A stretch of DNA of 63,586 nucleotides, the filler included, from Asterionella formosa (Eukaryota), in assembly GCA_002256025.1 (NCBI GenBank). It is 7 parts of 7 records of this genome, joined end to end, with 100 filler letters (N's around TTAATTAATTAA, not from the genome) between each part and the next. Parts side by side here need not be neighbours in the genome. Positions count along the whole stretch, not along the records: positions 29,201 to 56,495 come from NKIB01001545.1; positions 56,596 to 58,268 come from NKIB01001546.1; positions 58,369 to 60,040 come from NKIB01001547.1; positions 60,141 to 61,813 come from NKIB01001548.1; positions 61,914 to 63,586 come from NKIB01001549.1; 2 more parts are not named here. One strand, 5' to 3'. The translations under genes were made by a program, and so were the position numbers. Of this stretch, positions 50,200-62,068 are shown in pieces. Every line of letters starts with the position of its first letter. Position 1 is the first letter of the stretch. The notes under the pieces are model-generated. The model was not told where the DNA came from and made no database searches. It saw only the letters and a program-made list of their open reading frames with translations.

Positions 50200-52320
50200 A
50201 GGATCTCCACAGCATTGACCAAATACCAAAGCCAATTGCAGTTGAAAATATCAAAGCACGTCACTTGGTCAAGAAATCTTTAATCAATAGTCCAAATTTT
50301 CATATTTTTTCCCACCCTATTGACCAAATCCTAAAATAGTTAAACCTTGTGCCTAAACTTTTAGCAAATAGAAATAGAGCTATAATGTCTTTATATGTGT
50401 ATCATTGATATAGCGATGGGTGCTGTTGGTACTACATAGCCATATATACAAAAAAAGAAACAATAAACAAAAGTAGCGACTCATCAGATGATGATCACCT
50501 CTACCAGTTTTGCAAGATGCATTGTCAACAACGAAATGAGAACGATGCAAAAAAAAACAAAGTAGGGGAGGAGTTCCAAGGTTGGCAAGGCTACTAACAA
50601 CGTGAATTGTTTTTGTGCACCAGAGTACAACAGGCCATTGAAGGATGACTACTTTGGAGACAATCCGAGCTACTCTCCTGCACATTTCAGGATGTGCTTC
50701 TGGATGCGTCGTTCCTTATTTGAAAAGATTCTTGAAGATTTGGTTGAAGCTGATCCATACTTTCAACAGAAGAAGGATGCCTTGGGTCTGGTCGGTTTTT
50801 CGTCACATCAAAAGGCAACCTCAGCGCTTTGAATATTGGCTTATGGAACTTTGGCGGATCAGCCGGATGACCTCACAAGAATGGCTGAATGCACCACACT
50901 CTATAACCTAAAAGTGTTTAGTAACTTAGTAATCAGCAGGCATAGCACAGAATATTTGCGAACTCCTACAAAGGACTACATGGAAACGGTTTGACATCTC
51001 CATGAAGCACAGGGTTGGCCAGGACTTCTTCGTTCATTCGACAAAATACAGTCGTGGGAATGGAAGAATTGTCCCAACACACCACACAGATGAGCATTTC
51101 AAGGAAAAGATGGAGTGATTACTGTTTTTTTGGAAGCTGCTGTTGATTGTAGACTTTGGTTCTGGCATGTATTGCTTGGAATACCAGTTGCTAAAAATGA
51201 TCTCACTCTTTCGGTCCGTTTTCCTTTTTTCCAGGATTTGACAGCTGGATTGACTTCTTCCGTCAATTTCACAATCTAGGTTACCATAACATGCTTCTGC
51301 TCAACGACAATCTGATCATTTGCTACATTTTTTTCATTCTTTGCGGCTAATGTCCCCATGGGACGCAGCTCATACTTTTAATCATCAACCTTCCATCTTG
51401 GTTGGTCCCAAACAGAACCACAACCAACCGTCGTCCACTTTGGGGCTTCGAAATGCTTCTTTTGTTTGGCTACAGTCGGAGTCTGATCGACCAAATTTCG
51501 TGATGACTTCAACAGTAATTATTTGAAGTTGTACAATTTTGTACCTCATTAAAAATTTAATTTCACTTATATTAATTGCTTTAAGACTACCGGTACTACT
51601 CATTTGCTAGAAGGGGCGGTAGACCATGTAGCGCTTCTTCTACAAAGTAGTAATATGTGTAGGTTCTACAACTTGGATCATGATAGAAATTGAGGTGAGC
51701 CAACCAAATCATTTGCTGCGGAATCATCAGCTTGACAGCAACAAAATATCTCTGCATCATGCAGAAGAAGAAAAGCATTGTTGCAAAAGCATACAGGAAG
51801 CCCAACAATATCAAGGCAACTGTCATAGCATATTTGATTTAGCCAAAGTCTATGCTAGTAGATGGAGCAATGTTTTTGGTTTTTGCAATGTTGGTGGAGA
51901 TTCCCTGCCCTACAGGAAGAGTTTTTGATTCAGAGGCAGGTGTTGACGAAAACAATTGCTCACCCGGGCCGCTCTCCAAGAAGTGCTGCTGAGTTTGAAG
52001 GCTTGCTTGAAGACTCTTTTTGCCCAGTTGGCTGTGGCTTAAAAATAGGGCCTGCACCACTATGATGCTTAGTGTTGAGCTTAGTAAGAGACAACCTGCT
52101 GGGAACGAAAATGTATCTCTGAAGGCACTTGAAAAACAGATCAAGTGCTGGCTTGCCCAAAAGAACATTATCATCCAATGTGTGACTCATGTCGCCCAAA
52201 ATACAAGACTGGATAAGGTGAAGTTTTTGGCAATTTTGCCTACATCAACAATCGAATTGCTTGCTGCGCTTGAGTTCACCACTGGATAATTTTTCAATAT
52301 TGACACTAGTAGTGATTCCA
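50200..52320 (+). mobile_element. Decayed PIF/Harbinger element (Plant_tran-type transposase plus a probable convergent accessory ORF)
   Basis: Plus strand ~50600-51280: DDYFGDNPSYSPAHFRMCFWMRRSLF...DALGLVGFSSHQKATSAL*ILAYG...GWPGLLRSFD..WEWKNCP...LEAAVDCRLWFWH...KNDL. The left end is shared with 48126. The minus-strand remnant at 51600-52320 is a weaker call. Confidence 0.85.
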
Positions 52321-52329
52321 TCTCTCAGA

Positions 52330-53860
52330 TGATTCTTTTCTCCAAATGGAGGCTGGTTGCCAAAACGATATGTTATCCCCTATGTCACAGCACCCAAATG
52401 GATCACACATCTTCGGCCCTTCATGGCACGCCACAATTTTCGAATAACACTGTCACATCCCTGGGAAATCACATTACAAAGCGAAAATGACAGGTTCCTT
52501 CTGGAAATTTTCTCTGGTGGCAAAATTAGTGATTTTAAGCTGTTCCACATTAACTGCTGCTGCCAGTACTTTCAGGTTATGACACTGGCGGGAAATGCAA
52601 CGGCAGATGGAAATAGCCTATGTCCTGAAACATTAGAATGCAAACGATTTCGAGACAGGAAATCACCCCTTGCTTTCCTGACCAAATCAGGCAGAACCTA
52701 CAAAACAACAGAAAGCCGACTGGAAGTCTGTGCTCCTCAACCAAGTACTACTCAAAACAGCATGATCCCCACACTCAATGGCTTGCAAACAAAACATAGG
52801 GAAATGGATATCAAAGCCCCTTCTTGGCTGAGTATCGATCCCAATTCTCATTTGCAACCCAAAAACTGTGGCGATTGAAAGGTACAATCTGAGAGGTACA
52901 TTCCCAGATACCCTCCAATAGACTCTCAACAAAGTTTTCACCAATAGGGCACCCAATGACAGTTTCATTTCCAAAAAATCCATTCCGTACAACATTTCGA
53001 GAGACTGGCAGGTTACTTGTCTTGTTTCTGACAGAAAGTCAACTTTCCGGCTTGGAAATGATGCCCAACCGAAAATCTCGGGATTTCAAGCATCACGCAG
53101 TAGCGTCACTTCCGTTCTACAGAAAACGTTTAGTCCAATATTAAAAAACACTAATTTTGGCCAATCACACCTGACTCAGACGCCATCTCAAACTGGGCCT
53201 TCCATGCTTTATAGGCACAGACTCCTCCCTAAAAGATGGATTGGCATCATTTGGCTGGACACTCTTCCTTCGCAGAGCTATGAAACTACCAAATAAGGAA
53301 ATTGCGTCGTGTGTAGGTCCGTTGGACAGCAACCCAGCAGGAAACAGCTCAACAAGGGCGGAATTATTTGCTGTTGCATCGGCATTCTTTTTTATAGTGG
53401 AATTTCTGGCGATTCATTCCATAGAAACTACAAGCTTCATTCACCTGTGGAACAACAGTGCAGCAGCAATTTTTAGTCTTAACAACAAACTTTCACAAGA
53501 TATCGCAATCGGCCAAGCAAGTCGACGTTTAGAGAGGTGAGCAATGACTTGGGAGCGGCCAGTCCCACGAGCAACTCCTCCTCCTCGTCCTCCACAACAA
53601 CAAGCTCAAACTAAGTTATACAATTTCTTCCCGGGTCATAAAAGACGCACGACAGGAGACTGATTAATATGATAGCACCAAAGAAAATACTGCTGTCAAG
53701 AAAGGAAAATTGTCCTGCCTACTCCCCCTCGAGGAGTTTATCCACCCTTTTCCTCGCGTTCCAGCGCCTAAAGTCAACACAGCAGTTGGGCTGAACACTA
53801 CGCAAGCTCCCCTACTAGCACTAGAGTAGTTTTAAAGTGCTTAATAAAATGAGATAATTA
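52330..53860 (+). mobile_element. 5'-truncated non-LTR retrotransposon remnant with RNase H domain
   Basis: PKWITHLRPFM...HINCCCQYFQVMTLAGNATADG (post-RT region) and IGTDSSLKDGLASFGW...SSTRAELFAV...HLWNNSAAAI (RNase H-like). The 3' end is GCACTAGAGTAGTTTTAAAGTGCTTAATAAAA. Confidence 0.7.
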
Positions 53861-54849
53861 AGGTTCCTGCATTTCAACCCTAAGGCAAAAATTGAAATAT
53901 TGCTTAGGGTTGCCGAAATTCCCTGGAACTAAGAATTTTCATGTGCTATTTTTAAATGACATGATTCCATTTGAAATATTCAAATCATTGGAAATTTGCG
54001 CGAACGTGCATAGATTCCTTTTCGAATTCGGTAAATATATAGATATAGATTGTACATCCCTTTTTTACTGTTTTATGCTCTACACACCGATCGACGGTCT
54101 ATGTGTCATACAACCCGGCGGCTCAGCTAATATTTGAAGTGCTCTCTTGGAGTGGTACGCATGTGTCAAATGATAATCATCCCCCCGTTACCCATAGTTG
54201 ATATAGTAACAGGTACCGGGGTTCTGGCGATCACCCAAGCCATGAAGTGGTGTTTGGCAATGAATTTTCGTCACAAGAACTATATATGAATATTTTGTGT
54301 GATTTCATAATAATTAGTATGAAATGTTGTAATCCATCTTCCCCCTACTAGAAAATAAATTAATTCTATGGTATTAAGATATTTTTATATACCACTTTGA
54401 ACCTCTGTAATGGATAAATGCATAATTTTAAACATTAATCTTTTCTGGTGTTGATGGCATCTGGTTGAATTGTTTGTCCAATCATAATCCTCCACCTCTC
54501 GTGAACATCTACAGCATCTAAGGTGATTAAAACAATGAATATTTCAGTATTTAGTCATACTAGTCGATTGAACATTGAGTTGCATTTCAGTTTTACCGGA
54601 CACTTCGAAAATGATCACGTGACTACGACATATAGCAGTGCAAATTATACTTTTGCTTTGGCTGCTACTATCACTCCAGCATGTAATTGACGATAGAATA
54701 TGAAAATGATCACGTGACTAAAACAAACACCGCCCTGTGCAAATACTTTACCAGGAGGTACCTGGTAACAGGTACCTCCTGGATTCACGCACTGATATAC
54801 TGGGTAGTACATCATCTGGTACATACATAGGAGCATGATTGGAAACACT

Positions 54850-56110
54850 GCAGCTTTGGTTTCATTACCATAAGCTTCATATTTAAATAATATAGGGGGA
54901 GAGGAAGAGAATCATGCAAGTAACATGGGTAGACCACAAAAGGACCTTCCCACAAATGTTCATACCACTGGACATCAATGGTTTCCTTGCCTCTGCCCAT
55001 TGACCACCCACTATTTACCACCATTTACACTGATAGAACCTGATGAAGTTTCCCCTGGGCAGGCAATAATATAAGTAGCAGCCCCCTTCCTTATACTGCG
55101 CATGCTGATGTTGTTTGATTTAATACGTTATTCAAATAGCTGTCCTTTCTTGGCTTCTCTTAAATTGATTGTGACCAGGGAATAAGCAACTATTTCCTTT
55201 AGCAACATTATTAAATCTTCCCAAGTATACACAAAGATAAAATGTAGGATACACTACCCACTCAATTAACCCATTCAATTGGATTTGCATAAATATGTCT
55301 GGGATATTTTGATTGAGTCTCTTTTTGATCTGTCTTGGTGTCTGCAAAGTATTCTTTACACAGAGCATCATCAGTCCACTCCATATGTGATAAGCAAATT
55401 TGGCTTGTGTTATTGACCCTGAAAATCAAATTCCAAGTAAAGACCAGGAATACTAGGTGACCCCACATGCCATCACCAGCAGGGGAATGGCTTAATTGGT
55501 TAGCACACCTCATGAGGTAGCGGGTTCGATTCCTGCATTCTCCACCTGTATTTCTTTTATGTAGTCCCTAGGGTTCTGGGGGTGATGCTGACGAGGACAC
55601 AGGTACTGTTTTACCATACAGATGAAAAAAACTGGTATTTATGTTTTCATTCAAGTGGGCACAAGTGCGATTATTGGATAGCTTTGACATACAATATAAA
55701 ATTAATTAACTTTTAACTCAATGAACCAAGTACAAAGGATGTGATATAGTTGATTGTTCATGGGGTCCTTACCCTCACAAATCTCTCCTAACCCATAATG
55801 ATTCTCTACTGCAATAATCCGATAAAAACCATGCAAAAGGTTGCTAAGTTCCTGCTCAAAATCAAGAACTGTGAAGCCTGTGCCATTATGTAGCCTGAAT
55901 AAGATGAATAGATATGATTGCTTATTCCCATAGCAGCTCTTGGACAGCCGATCTTCTGTCCAAGAATGGCAAAGGCTCTGGAGATACACCATATACCCTG
56001 CTGGAGTAATTGCAGAGAGCATCATGATCATGATTTCCTCCGCAGCATGCTGAATCAATTCAACAAATCAGTTTCGAACACTTTTTTCTTCCCTTGTACC
56101 AATGCCTGCT
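54850..56110 (-). mobile_element. Second Crypton transposon remnant, split by a ~225-bp insertion
   Basis: EGKDPMNNQLYHILCTWF | GDGMWGHLVFLVFTWNLIFRVNNT..ICLSHMEWTDDAL...TKTDQ...PRHIYANP, LFPG, SIRKGAATY, FVGRSFCGLP. Confidence 0.85.
55482..55708 (+). mobile_element. tRNA-derived SINE-like insertion
   Basis: Head 55482-55544: GGGGAAT/ATTCTCCA acceptor stem, A box TGGCTTAATTGG, T-arm GCGGG-TTCGATT-CCTGC, shortened anticodon region. Followed by about 160 bp of body and an AT-rich tail. It interrupts the Crypton frame between WFIELK and AGDGMW. Confidence 0.65.
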
Positions 56111-56495
56111 GCCTCCATCTTGGGAAGAATCACCTTGCTCTGGGCATATGCTGTAAGCCATCCTGGTTTTAAAGCAGGTTTTAGGTGGTACAGCTTTACT
56201 ACTCGGTACTATGCATAGCTCCTATCATGACCAGCAACATGAACACGACGGAACAGTGACGTGGATTTTAAAAATTCACTTTCACGTAATTCTGACAGTG
56301 CCATGACAGAGACCTGACGTAGGTACTCAAGGCAATTTATTCACTGGGACTGTCCTTGAAGTTCATAGGGTCAAAAGAAACCCACGAAGCACAAGAGCTT
56401 CCGGGAACGCGTGATGGTACTGAATTGGCGAAATGTGTCGTCCCAGTGTAACTTTGAGTTCCTGCAGCTTGACGTCACCAACTTGGACGAATGCC

Positions 56496-56595
56496 NNNNN
56501 NNNNNNNNNNNNNNNNNNNNNNNNNNNNNNNNNNNNNNNTTAATTAATTAANNNNNNNNNNNNNNNNNNNNNNNNNNNNNNNNNNNNNNNNNNNN
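56496..56595. other. Artificial contig linker
   Basis: N44-TTAATTAATTAA-N44. Confidence 0.99.
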
Positions 56596-56825
56596 ACAGA
56601 CGATGACAAAAGTTGTCATCTGAAACAGGTGGCACGCTGGACTGAAGCTGAAGGCAAGATTTCCAGACGACGAGTCTTGAAGTACCGTAGTTTTCTGAAA
56701 ATATGTATGTTTCTACGTAACCCAATATAAAAACAGAAAAAATTGCCTCTTTACATTTCGTGCAGGCGCTACAAGCAAAGCACGACGAGAGCAAAGACAG
56801 CGAAAAATCGCAGTGCTGCTCGCAT

Positions 56826-56832
56826 ATAAAAT
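56826..56832 (+). promoter_or_regulatory. Candidate TATA box
   Basis: TATAAAA about 70 bp upstream of ATG 56899, followed by a pyrimidine-rich leader. Confidence 0.4.
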
Positions 56833-56898
56833 ATCGCTGTTCGCTAGCATTCGCTTCTTCGCCATTTCGTTTTGTCTCACTTCCCATTTCCCTTTCCC

Positions 56899-57483
56899 AT
56901 GATGACCATACAGAAGCAGACCGGCATGGCTGCATCATCTCGTATGAACAGCAAGGCGTCTCAAGAAGAGCAAATCCGGGCTCGTCTCCTCCATCGACTC
57001 GGCATCTACGAAAGCGGAGGCAATCAACCTCAAACAGCCGCACAGAACCGACGACTACGTATTCTCCGTGGCATGGGCGTCGGTGGCCATATTCGACCTT
57101 CTCCCGAATCAGGTTCCGCCGTTCGACCTCCGCTGGGAGGAGTCACTCCCCATGAAGAGCCGCTCAAGTTCGAAACTCAAGAGGAACCGAAGGGCGCTCG
57201 ATCCGTAGGCTTTCAATCAACGGTAGCGGTCATTCCCATTCCCATGCGAACAGAATACAGTGAACGTATCAAGGCACGGATTTGGTCGAACCGTTTCGAG
57301 CTTCAGGAGAATGCTCAACGAAACGCTGTGGAGTTTGCCGCAGAAGGATGGAACTGGCGGAACGTCACGGAAGATGAAGGCATGTATATTTGTAGTGTCT
57401 CGGGAGAACTCGTTCATCCGGTCCACTGTCAGCATTTAGTGGATGACTCGGCGAGTCTAGAAAGAGGTGCTCCGGTTCATTGA
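56899..57483 (+). CDS. Hypothetical protein, ~194 aa
   Basis: Intact ORF with gene-like GC and CpG content. The C-terminal block [13 protein letters not shown]...[10 protein letters not shown]...[14 protein letters not shown]...GELVHPVH resembles a conserved diatom family from memory. It contains an RVxF-like element (RSVGF). Confidence 0.75.
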   Translation: MMTIQKQTGMAASSRMNSKASQEEQIRARLLHRLGIYESGGNQPQTAAQNRRLRILRGMGVGGHIRPSPESGSAVRPPLGGVTPHEEPLKFETQEEPKGARSVGFQSTVAVIPIPMRTEYSERIKARIWSNRFELQENAQRNAVEFAAEGWNWRNVTEDEGMYICSVSGELVHPVHCQHLVDDSASLERGAPVH

Positions 57484-58268
57484 GCAAGAACATCCCTTTT
57501 TGAGCTACATTTCGTCCAGCCGATTCGATCGTGTACAGGAACGGGACAACAACTATTTACATTTGTGATGACAGAAGCACCTTTTTGGTTTACATCAACG
57601 CATTGAAAAAACGACAAAACCAATTATGAACATACAGTGTGAGGAAGCAAGGATAACAGTATAGTAGTGACCATGTTAATATTCAACACTAGTGTTTCAT
57701 ATGGACGATGCCATGATAATATTGCCGAAAATGTAATTCAACTGATTTGACGCTTCCTATTGAGGCGGTTTACCACTGCCAAGTATCTCACCATAAATCA
57801 AAATGGCTGCATGATCACTATAGCTAGCTTCAAGCTTTCGTGTCATCCATCAGTTGACAATTCAATCACCACCGACAATGGCACTGCCTTCACGCCTAAA
57901 GGTCGGTTCATACGGGTAGCGGATGTCCCGGCAAAGTAAACCTTTTACTCCAGTGTATACCTGCACTCAGTTAATTAATCTAAAAAAATAAACGAGCTAT
58001 ATGTCGGTTGATTATTATTGTTTAAGGTACCTGGTACCATACGAGCTCGGAGGCTGAATGCATATCGGTATGTGATTGATCCCACCCCTTCTAGAGAGAT
58101 CTAACTGATACTGGTACCCTGCTACCTGGCAGAATAGTCTACTGGTATACCGGTAGATGTGTCTATGATGGGCGTTAGACGTGTGACTCGTTCCCGACTG
58201 ATACATTCAGGGCGGCTTTCATGCCCTACATATTCGAACACGATCGCATCGGTCGTTCTGCCTGTACA

Positions 58269-58368
58269 NNNNNNNNNNNNNNNNNNNNNNNNNNNNNNNN
58301 NNNNNNNNNNNNTTAATTAATTAANNNNNNNNNNNNNNNNNNNNNNNNNNNNNNNNNNNNNNNNNNNN
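58269..58368. other. Artificial contig linker
   Basis: N44-TTAATTAATTAA-N44. Confidence 0.99.
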
Positions 58369-58850
58369 TTGAGACTGCAAACTTCGATCCAGTTTCCTTG
58401 AGCTCCGTCTTCAATGCGTCAAACTCAGCATCTGGCATCATCGGTTCACCTTTCAAGTATGCCTGCATGGCGGCGAGATATGTGGCTTCCTTTCGCTTCA
58501 TGACAACCATGTAAGATCCGTTCCATTGCAAATCTTCCTTCAATAGGTCAAACTCGTCATCCTTGAGCTTGCCTTCCAGTGGCATAGTAGGACTGAAGCG
58601 CGTCCAGAAAGATACGCTCCTTTTCGGCTACTGTGAGACGAATGAGTTCCTCACTTTCCGGATCGACGACACAGTATTCCTTGTCAGGAATGCATTCTTC
58701 TTCCTGAAAGTTAGTATCAAAGAATCGTCCAGACTTGGCGTCGTAAGCGATTTCTCTCGTTCCGCTCGTAATGGTGATCTTTTTGTCGCTTCCTTCTTCG
58801 GCCATTAAAAGTGGACCAGCAACACGACCAGCTGTTGTCGTTGTCTTCCT
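58369..58850 (-). pseudogene. PGRL1: PGR5-like protein 1 (PGRL1) fragment with a frameshift; 3' end cut by the contig edge
   Basis: LTVAEKERIFLDALQSYYATGRQ / LKDDEFDLLKEDLQWNGS...YLAAMQAYLKGEPMMPDAEFDALKTELKETGSKFAV is PGRL1-like. The frame changes near 58569, and an in-frame TGA lies upstream of a partial transit-like segment. Confidence 0.75.
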
Positions 58851-58874
58851 TAAAGTTCAATGATCTTAAATTCA

Positions 58875-59242
58875 TTTACTGTCCCGCTGTAGTAGAAGCA
58901 GTCATAGACATATGGTGTTCTATTGCTTGCTTATAACTCCGACTACCGGTACAGCTTTTCAGTTTCACGATCATACAATCCTAAAACTATCATGATTTAC
59001 TATGGTGTTCTATTGCTTGCTTATTACTCTGACTACCGGTAACGCTTTTCAGTTTCACGATCATACAATCCTAAAACTATCATGATTTACTATGGTGCTC
59101 TATTGCTTGCTTATTACTCCGACTACTGCTTTTTAGTTTTACGATCATACGATCCTAAAACTATGATGATTTACTGTCCCACTGCAGTAGCAACAGTCCT
59201 GAACATATGGTGTTCTGTTGCTAGTTTACTACTCCGGCTACC
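58875..59242 (+). repeat. 90-bp tandem repeat (about 3 copies plus partial flanking units)
   Basis: TATGGTG(T/C)TCTATTGCTTGC starts at 58911, 59001 and 59091; a further diverged unit follows near 59206. Confidence 0.92.
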
Positions 59243-60040
59243 CCCAGTATATCACTTACTACCTGTTACTGGTGCTCTGTATATATATATGATATATTGT
59301 TATTGTCATACCGGTATGATGTACCGGTACACATGAAGAGCTCCCAACCAAAAAAAGGGCTTAAACAATTTGCTACCAAAACCCTTGCGGCAATTGAACG
59401 GTCTAAATAATTAGTTTCAACGGACGTAGAAAATATCGATGCAATCAAATTTCAGAAACAATTCCGGTACACGTAGTCGTGGAAAACAATGGACATATGG
59501 TGCATTGAGTATTTTCGAATTATGTATATGTGAGTATGATCATCCCAACCATATCAGATGTTCCATATCGAGAGCGCCTTTGAATTTTATAAATGTATAA
59601 CACTTAATATATATATATATATATATATATATTTACAAATTTTATTACTATATTCATGGCCAATATATTTTTCAAATCGTTCTGTCATGTTAACAAACAA
59701 TGCCTGCTGCTTCATGAAAAGATACGTCGTAGTAAAGCACATGAAAAGAAAAGAAAGTTTTCGCAATACATTACGAAAAACATTGTGGCTTCGACACATT
59801 GAGCATTCGAAGGATAGAGAATGTTTAAGGTAATGAAGCCATCAATGTGGTACTTGGATGACAATCGTTGGGAGGCAGGCAGCACAACAACAAATTGTTA
59901 ACTAAACGCAGCCACATTTCCTTTTTTCTCAGTTGATTCAACAGCTCGTTTCGCTTGTTGGGGAGCATCAATGTAAAAAAAACCAAATTGCGTAAGTGCT
60001 CTTGTCGCTCGTTGGACCTATTCACTTCTGTTGGAACAAA

Positions 60041-60140
60041 NNNNNNNNNNNNNNNNNNNNNNNNNNNNNNNNNNNNNNNNNNNNTTAATTAATTAANNNN
60101 NNNNNNNNNNNNNNNNNNNNNNNNNNNNNNNNNNNNNNNN
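60041..60140. other. Artificial contig linker
   Basis: N44-TTAATTAATTAA-N44. Confidence 0.99.
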
Positions 60141-61813
60141 GAAGCACCGTGTTACAACAGTATTTGCCAGTAGAAAAATTAAACCCGGTTTAACTGGGGG
60201 TTTAATTTTTTGGTTTAATTAAACCATAACTGTACGCACGATCATCGTAGGAATATACACTGTACGAAAACATAAAATTAGCTATTACACTGTAGTACCT
60301 GGTACCTGGTACCGGTCGTATACACAAATTAAACCCCATCCTCATTCATGTACCGGTACCTGGTACCTGGTATCAGGTACTCGGTACTTCGGTATGCAGC
60401 AGCAGTAAGGAGAGGAAGGTGTGACTGATGGGACACCAACAGCAGGTGAAGGAGGGAAGTCTGAGCTGCCAGTTTGCTTTTGGAACTATATACTTGGGTT
60501 GCACTGCCTCCCAGCAGATCGAGATGCAATGTCACCTAGTTTTGATACCAATGTGGATGACAGCAGCCAGTCGACTCTCGTCTTGAAGGAGTGTTGACTC
60601 CTGACTACTAGTTATTGGTGGTAGCAGGAGTGACAAGTATGCAGAATGATGATTGAGAGTCCAGAAATGCCTCAAATGTGGTGTTTGAAGAAGTTTTCAA
60701 CAATTAACAAGTTGATGAACCAACAGAAATGATGCAGGATGTGTGTCAAAGAGGTACTAGGAGGGAGGAAGCAATTCTGTCAGTATTGTAGTCTTTCTGT
60801 TACACCAAAAACTATTTGTTCTGTGGTAGGAATGCAAAAATTTGGAATTAGGTTTGTAAGGTTGCTGAAAATTTTACAAGGGTTGAGCAGGATATAGTAA
60901 GAAAGGTGGAGTATTGTTGCTTGGCAAAGCGTTGTGTGGGATATGATGACACCCCCTACTTTGAGCTGCATTTTTTTCACTGCCACATTGCAAATTGACA
61001 AAATGTATGAGGTATATATTCCAGATAGAACAGTGCCACAGATTAGATTGCCAATCAATTGAGGATATCTGCTGATCATCACACTGGTGGTCATACACAG
61101 CTAGTATGTGTTTAGGTTATTATAACACAGATGCATGATTTCATACAACTGTAGCTACATTATTTTTTCACTATTTTTCATTAGCTATATAATGATTGTT
61201 TTCACTTCATTTCGGGTATATGTATATTAGACATATACACACACCCCTACAATAAAAGACTTGGTCCTCTATTTACTGTAATATAGTGCTATAGTATATG
61301 TACTCGTGGTGACTCCATATTAAGTACTAGGTACTCTAAATACATAAAATGGTCTATTCCCGCATACACGTACCCTGGTATGGTACCTGGTACCGGTACC
61401 CTGGTAACCAGTCGATACGAGCAAATGGGCGCCGGTACCAGTACTAGGTACTGGTACCTGGTACCACAACCGGTATTGTCGCCAAGAATAGCTTTGTGCA
61501 CTGTCCTGGAGTAGTAGTAAACTACTAGTGCTAGCTTCCACTACGGGTTTAACTGGGAGTTTAATTTTTTACGACTACGTTCCCGTAATTGGTAAAATTA
61601 AACCCAAGTTGTATTTTCCCGTAGGCCTCTGGTATGTGTCTACTGGGTCATGTTAATACTGGCACGGTATTGATCTGAAAATACTAGTGGAAGCACCGTG
61701 TTACAACAGTATTTGCCAGTAGAAAAATTAAACCCGGTTTAACTGGGGGTTTAATTTTTTGGTTTAATTAAACCATAACTGTACGCACGATCATCGTAGG
61801 AATATACACTGTA
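60141..61813. repeat. Contig with identical 124-bp ends (1549-bp circular or tandem unit)
   Basis: 60141-60264 equals 61690-61813 (GAAGCACCGTGTTACAAC...GGAATATACACTGTA). Confidence 0.9.
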
Positions 61814-61913
61814 NNNNNNNNNNNNNNNNNNNNNNNNNNNNNNNNNNNNNNNNNNNNTTAATTAATTAANNNNNNNNNNNNNNNNNNNNNNNNNNNNNNN
61901 NNNNNNNNNNNNN
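61814..61913. other. Artificial contig linker
   Basis: N44-TTAATTAATTAA-N44. Confidence 0.99.
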
Positions 61914-62068
61914 ATAGCCTCTGGTCAACACGATATTTCACCGCAATACAGAATGTTGGTCGAGTTAAATCCTCTGTAGACGACTTAATTATGGAACGGG
62001 GTACTGTAAGCATGAGAGTAGCCTTTGTGCTACGATCTGCTGAGGTTCAGCCTCTGTTCCGGGATTTG
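61914..62068 (+). rRNA. 28S (LSU) rRNA, 3' end
   Basis: AAATCCTCTGTAGACGACTTAA...GGGGTACTGTAAGCATGAGAGTAGCCTTTGTGCTACGATCTGCTGAGGTTCAGCC matches the conserved eukaryotic LSU 3' terminus. The exact end is approximate. Confidence 0.9.

Noticed and set aside
55482..55544. Functional tRNA-Met (CAT) gene
   Set aside because: Only 63 nt, with no canonical anticodon arm or variable loop; treated as a SINE-like head.
58911..59175. 90-bp repeats as a CRISPR array or coding repeat
   Set aside because: Units are contiguous and near-identical with no unique spacers, so this is an ordinary minisatellite.
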